Part shown: piece after piece, positions 62,100 through 64,000 of the stretch
Layout: each line of letters opens with the position of its first letter
Numbering within the stretch: position 1 is the stretch's first letter
NCBI RefSeq assembly: GCF_963921235.1
Contig: NC_086108.1
Span: 94,056,001 to 94,120,000, forward strand
From: Mobula hypostoma
Lineage: Eukaryota
Length of the DNA: 64,000 nt
Reading direction: 5' to 3'
Notes under the pieces: generated by a model
What the model was told of the DNA's origin: nothing
Seen by the model: the letters and a program-made list of their open reading frames with translations, nothing else
The model's database searches: none
Program-made: the position numbers and the translations under genes

Positions 62100-63075
62100 C
62101 TGTCTGGAGGGGTGTGTTAAACAATCGTGCGTTATACTGGCACCAGGAACCGGATAGCGGGCCCTCTCTCCGCCGCAGTGCTCGATGACTCTAATAGAGC
62201 TGAATAGTTCTCTGCCAGATCCCCGAACGAAGCTTCGGGAAGTGAAAACGGGGTGGGGTTGGGGAGGAAATCCCGGCCTCTGGTTATCTTGTCTGATCAC
62301 ACAATGTCCTGGCGCTAATGCTTCCCGATCCTTGAAACGTGTTGGTGGTCCCCATGCACGGGCTGAGAACTGTCTGGGTGGGAAATTGATGAGTCTGCCT
62401 TTGAAAGGTATTTACGTCTGCAAGTTGGTGGGATATGAATGAGGGGGCCATTCAGTGTGTGGCTGTTTACACCTGACTTCATTACTTGTCTTGTTGGGAT
62501 CGGGATCGGGAGCGGAGCCGGGTCAGCTGCCCGCGGAAGGGACTACAGGTGCGCAAACACAAAGGCTCGGAGCAAAAGAGACTTCATTCCCCCCCGAATC
62601 GCATACACGATGGCCGCTTGAGTAGTCATAACATTTACAGAGAGATAAGGAATACAAAGGGCTACCAGGATAGTACCGCGGCTCTGATCCTGAAACAATC
62701 TGCTACGGTGTCAGAAGGTAACAATACTTAAAAGCATTCAGCTGCCTTTGTTCACTGGCTATTTGCCACCGATTCAAAGATAAATAACGTGAAGGTTTAC
62801 AGCGAAGTCCCGGAGATATGCTGCCCGTCCAGGTGATCTGCACCCAGAACAGTCAGTGGTTGAGACAAGAACGGCCCCGGACTCGGATACCACGGCACCT
62901 CACAGGAAACTCACTGCCTCCAGGAACTGTAAGCTTGCTGTGGTGAGCGGGAACGATGCAGCAAAATCGCTAATGCGCCAGAGTACTTTTCTTCCCGCAA
63001 TCGCCCGCTGGCGTCAGGAAATCTTGAGTGCGGGCGCGTGCTTCACGTAGGCACGAGCATTCCGGTTTCGAAAAG
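62100..63075. promoter_or_regulatory. CpG-rich unique region; candidate alternative promoter, first exon or enhancer
   Basis: Visibly higher CpG density than its flanks and no recognisable repeat motifs. Confidence 0.45.
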
Positions 63076-63189
63076 TTAAGTTGAGGAAATACTGCTTTAT
63101 TGGGCAAAAAATAAACTTGAGGAATGCATTTAGATCTAGTAACTGAGTGTGGCTTTTGGTTTGTTCAAAATTCTCTGTTCAAAAAGGAC

Positions 63190-64000
63190 ATCGACGGTGG
63201 TGACGAATCAGCGTGTAGGAAGGAGATTGAAAATCTGGCTGAGTGGTGGCACAAAACAACCTCTCTCTGACCAAGGGGCGGATTATTGACATGAGCCAGT
63301 CCTCATGGGGGGATTAGAGGTGGGGAGGGTCAGCAACTTTAACTTCCTTTGTGTTATTATTTAAGAGGACCTGTCCTGGGCCCAGCACAGAAGAAGAAAG
63401 ATAGCAGCACCTCTAATTCCTTAGGAGTGTGTGAAGATTTGGCAAGACATCTAAAACATTGACAAACTTCTATAGATATGTGGTGGAGAGTATATTGACT
63501 GATTGCATCACAGCCTGGTATGGAAACAGAAAATCCTATAAAAAGTAGTAGTTATGGCTGGCCCATCACAGGTAAAGCCCTACCCACCATTAAGCACATC
63601 TACACAGTGTTGTTGCAGGAAAGCAGCATCCATCATCAGGGCCCCCCACCACTCTCTCCTTGCTGATGCCATCAGGAAGAGAAGTTAAGAGCTTCAGGAC
63701 TCACACCACCAGGTTCAGGAACTGTTATTACCCCTCAACCGCCAGACTCTTCAACCAAAGGTGATAACTTCACCCACCCTATCACTAAAATGTTTGTGGA
63801 CTCACTTTCAAGGACTCTTCATCTCATGTCTTGATATTTATTGCTTATTTATTCATTATTATCTCTTTCTTTTTGTATTTGCAGTATTTTTTTGCACACT
63901 GGTTGAACTCCTAGATGGTGCAGTTTTTCATTGCTTCTGTTTGGGTATTACATGGATTTGTTGAGTATACCCGCGAGAAAATTAATTTCAGGGTTGTATA
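63190..64000 (+). mobile_element. Rex1/Babar LINE 3' fragment
   Basis: gtggagagtatattgactgattgcatcacagcctggtatgga and actcacaccaccaggttcaggaactgttattaccc. Confidence 0.8.

Overview
This is eukaryotic, repeat-dense, mostly intronic DNA. The repeat mix (CR1, Rex1/Babar, Neptune-type Penelope-like elements, V-SINE-like SINEs, Tc1, Tigger, hAT and Harbinger MITEs) suggests a cartilaginous fish, probably a ray; this is inference. The only convincing host coding sequence is one + strand exon at 25245-25358 encoding the first half of a SAM domain. Nearly all ORF-track entries are transposon relics or antisense artefacts. The most notable system is the Penelope-like element (PLE) family. A 5'-truncated copy keeps an uninterrupted RT plus GIY-YIG frame. 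Its terminal sequence carries a minimal hammerhead ribozyme (HHR) motif (AGTC-CTGACGA-stem II-GAAAC-GTC-GACT), found in about 10 recognisable copies. Several tiny non-coding insertions consist only of this terminus folded back on itself between 14-16 bp target-site duplications (TSDs). Other observations: target-derived AGTAACA repeats at a PLE 5' junction, a perfect 97-bp-arm palindrome, a 35/38-bp minisatellite, a solo LTR, two deep nests of transposons and a CpG-rich unique island near 62.1-63.1 kb. Family names come from my recognition of motifs, not database searches. Boundaries of old fragments are approximate.
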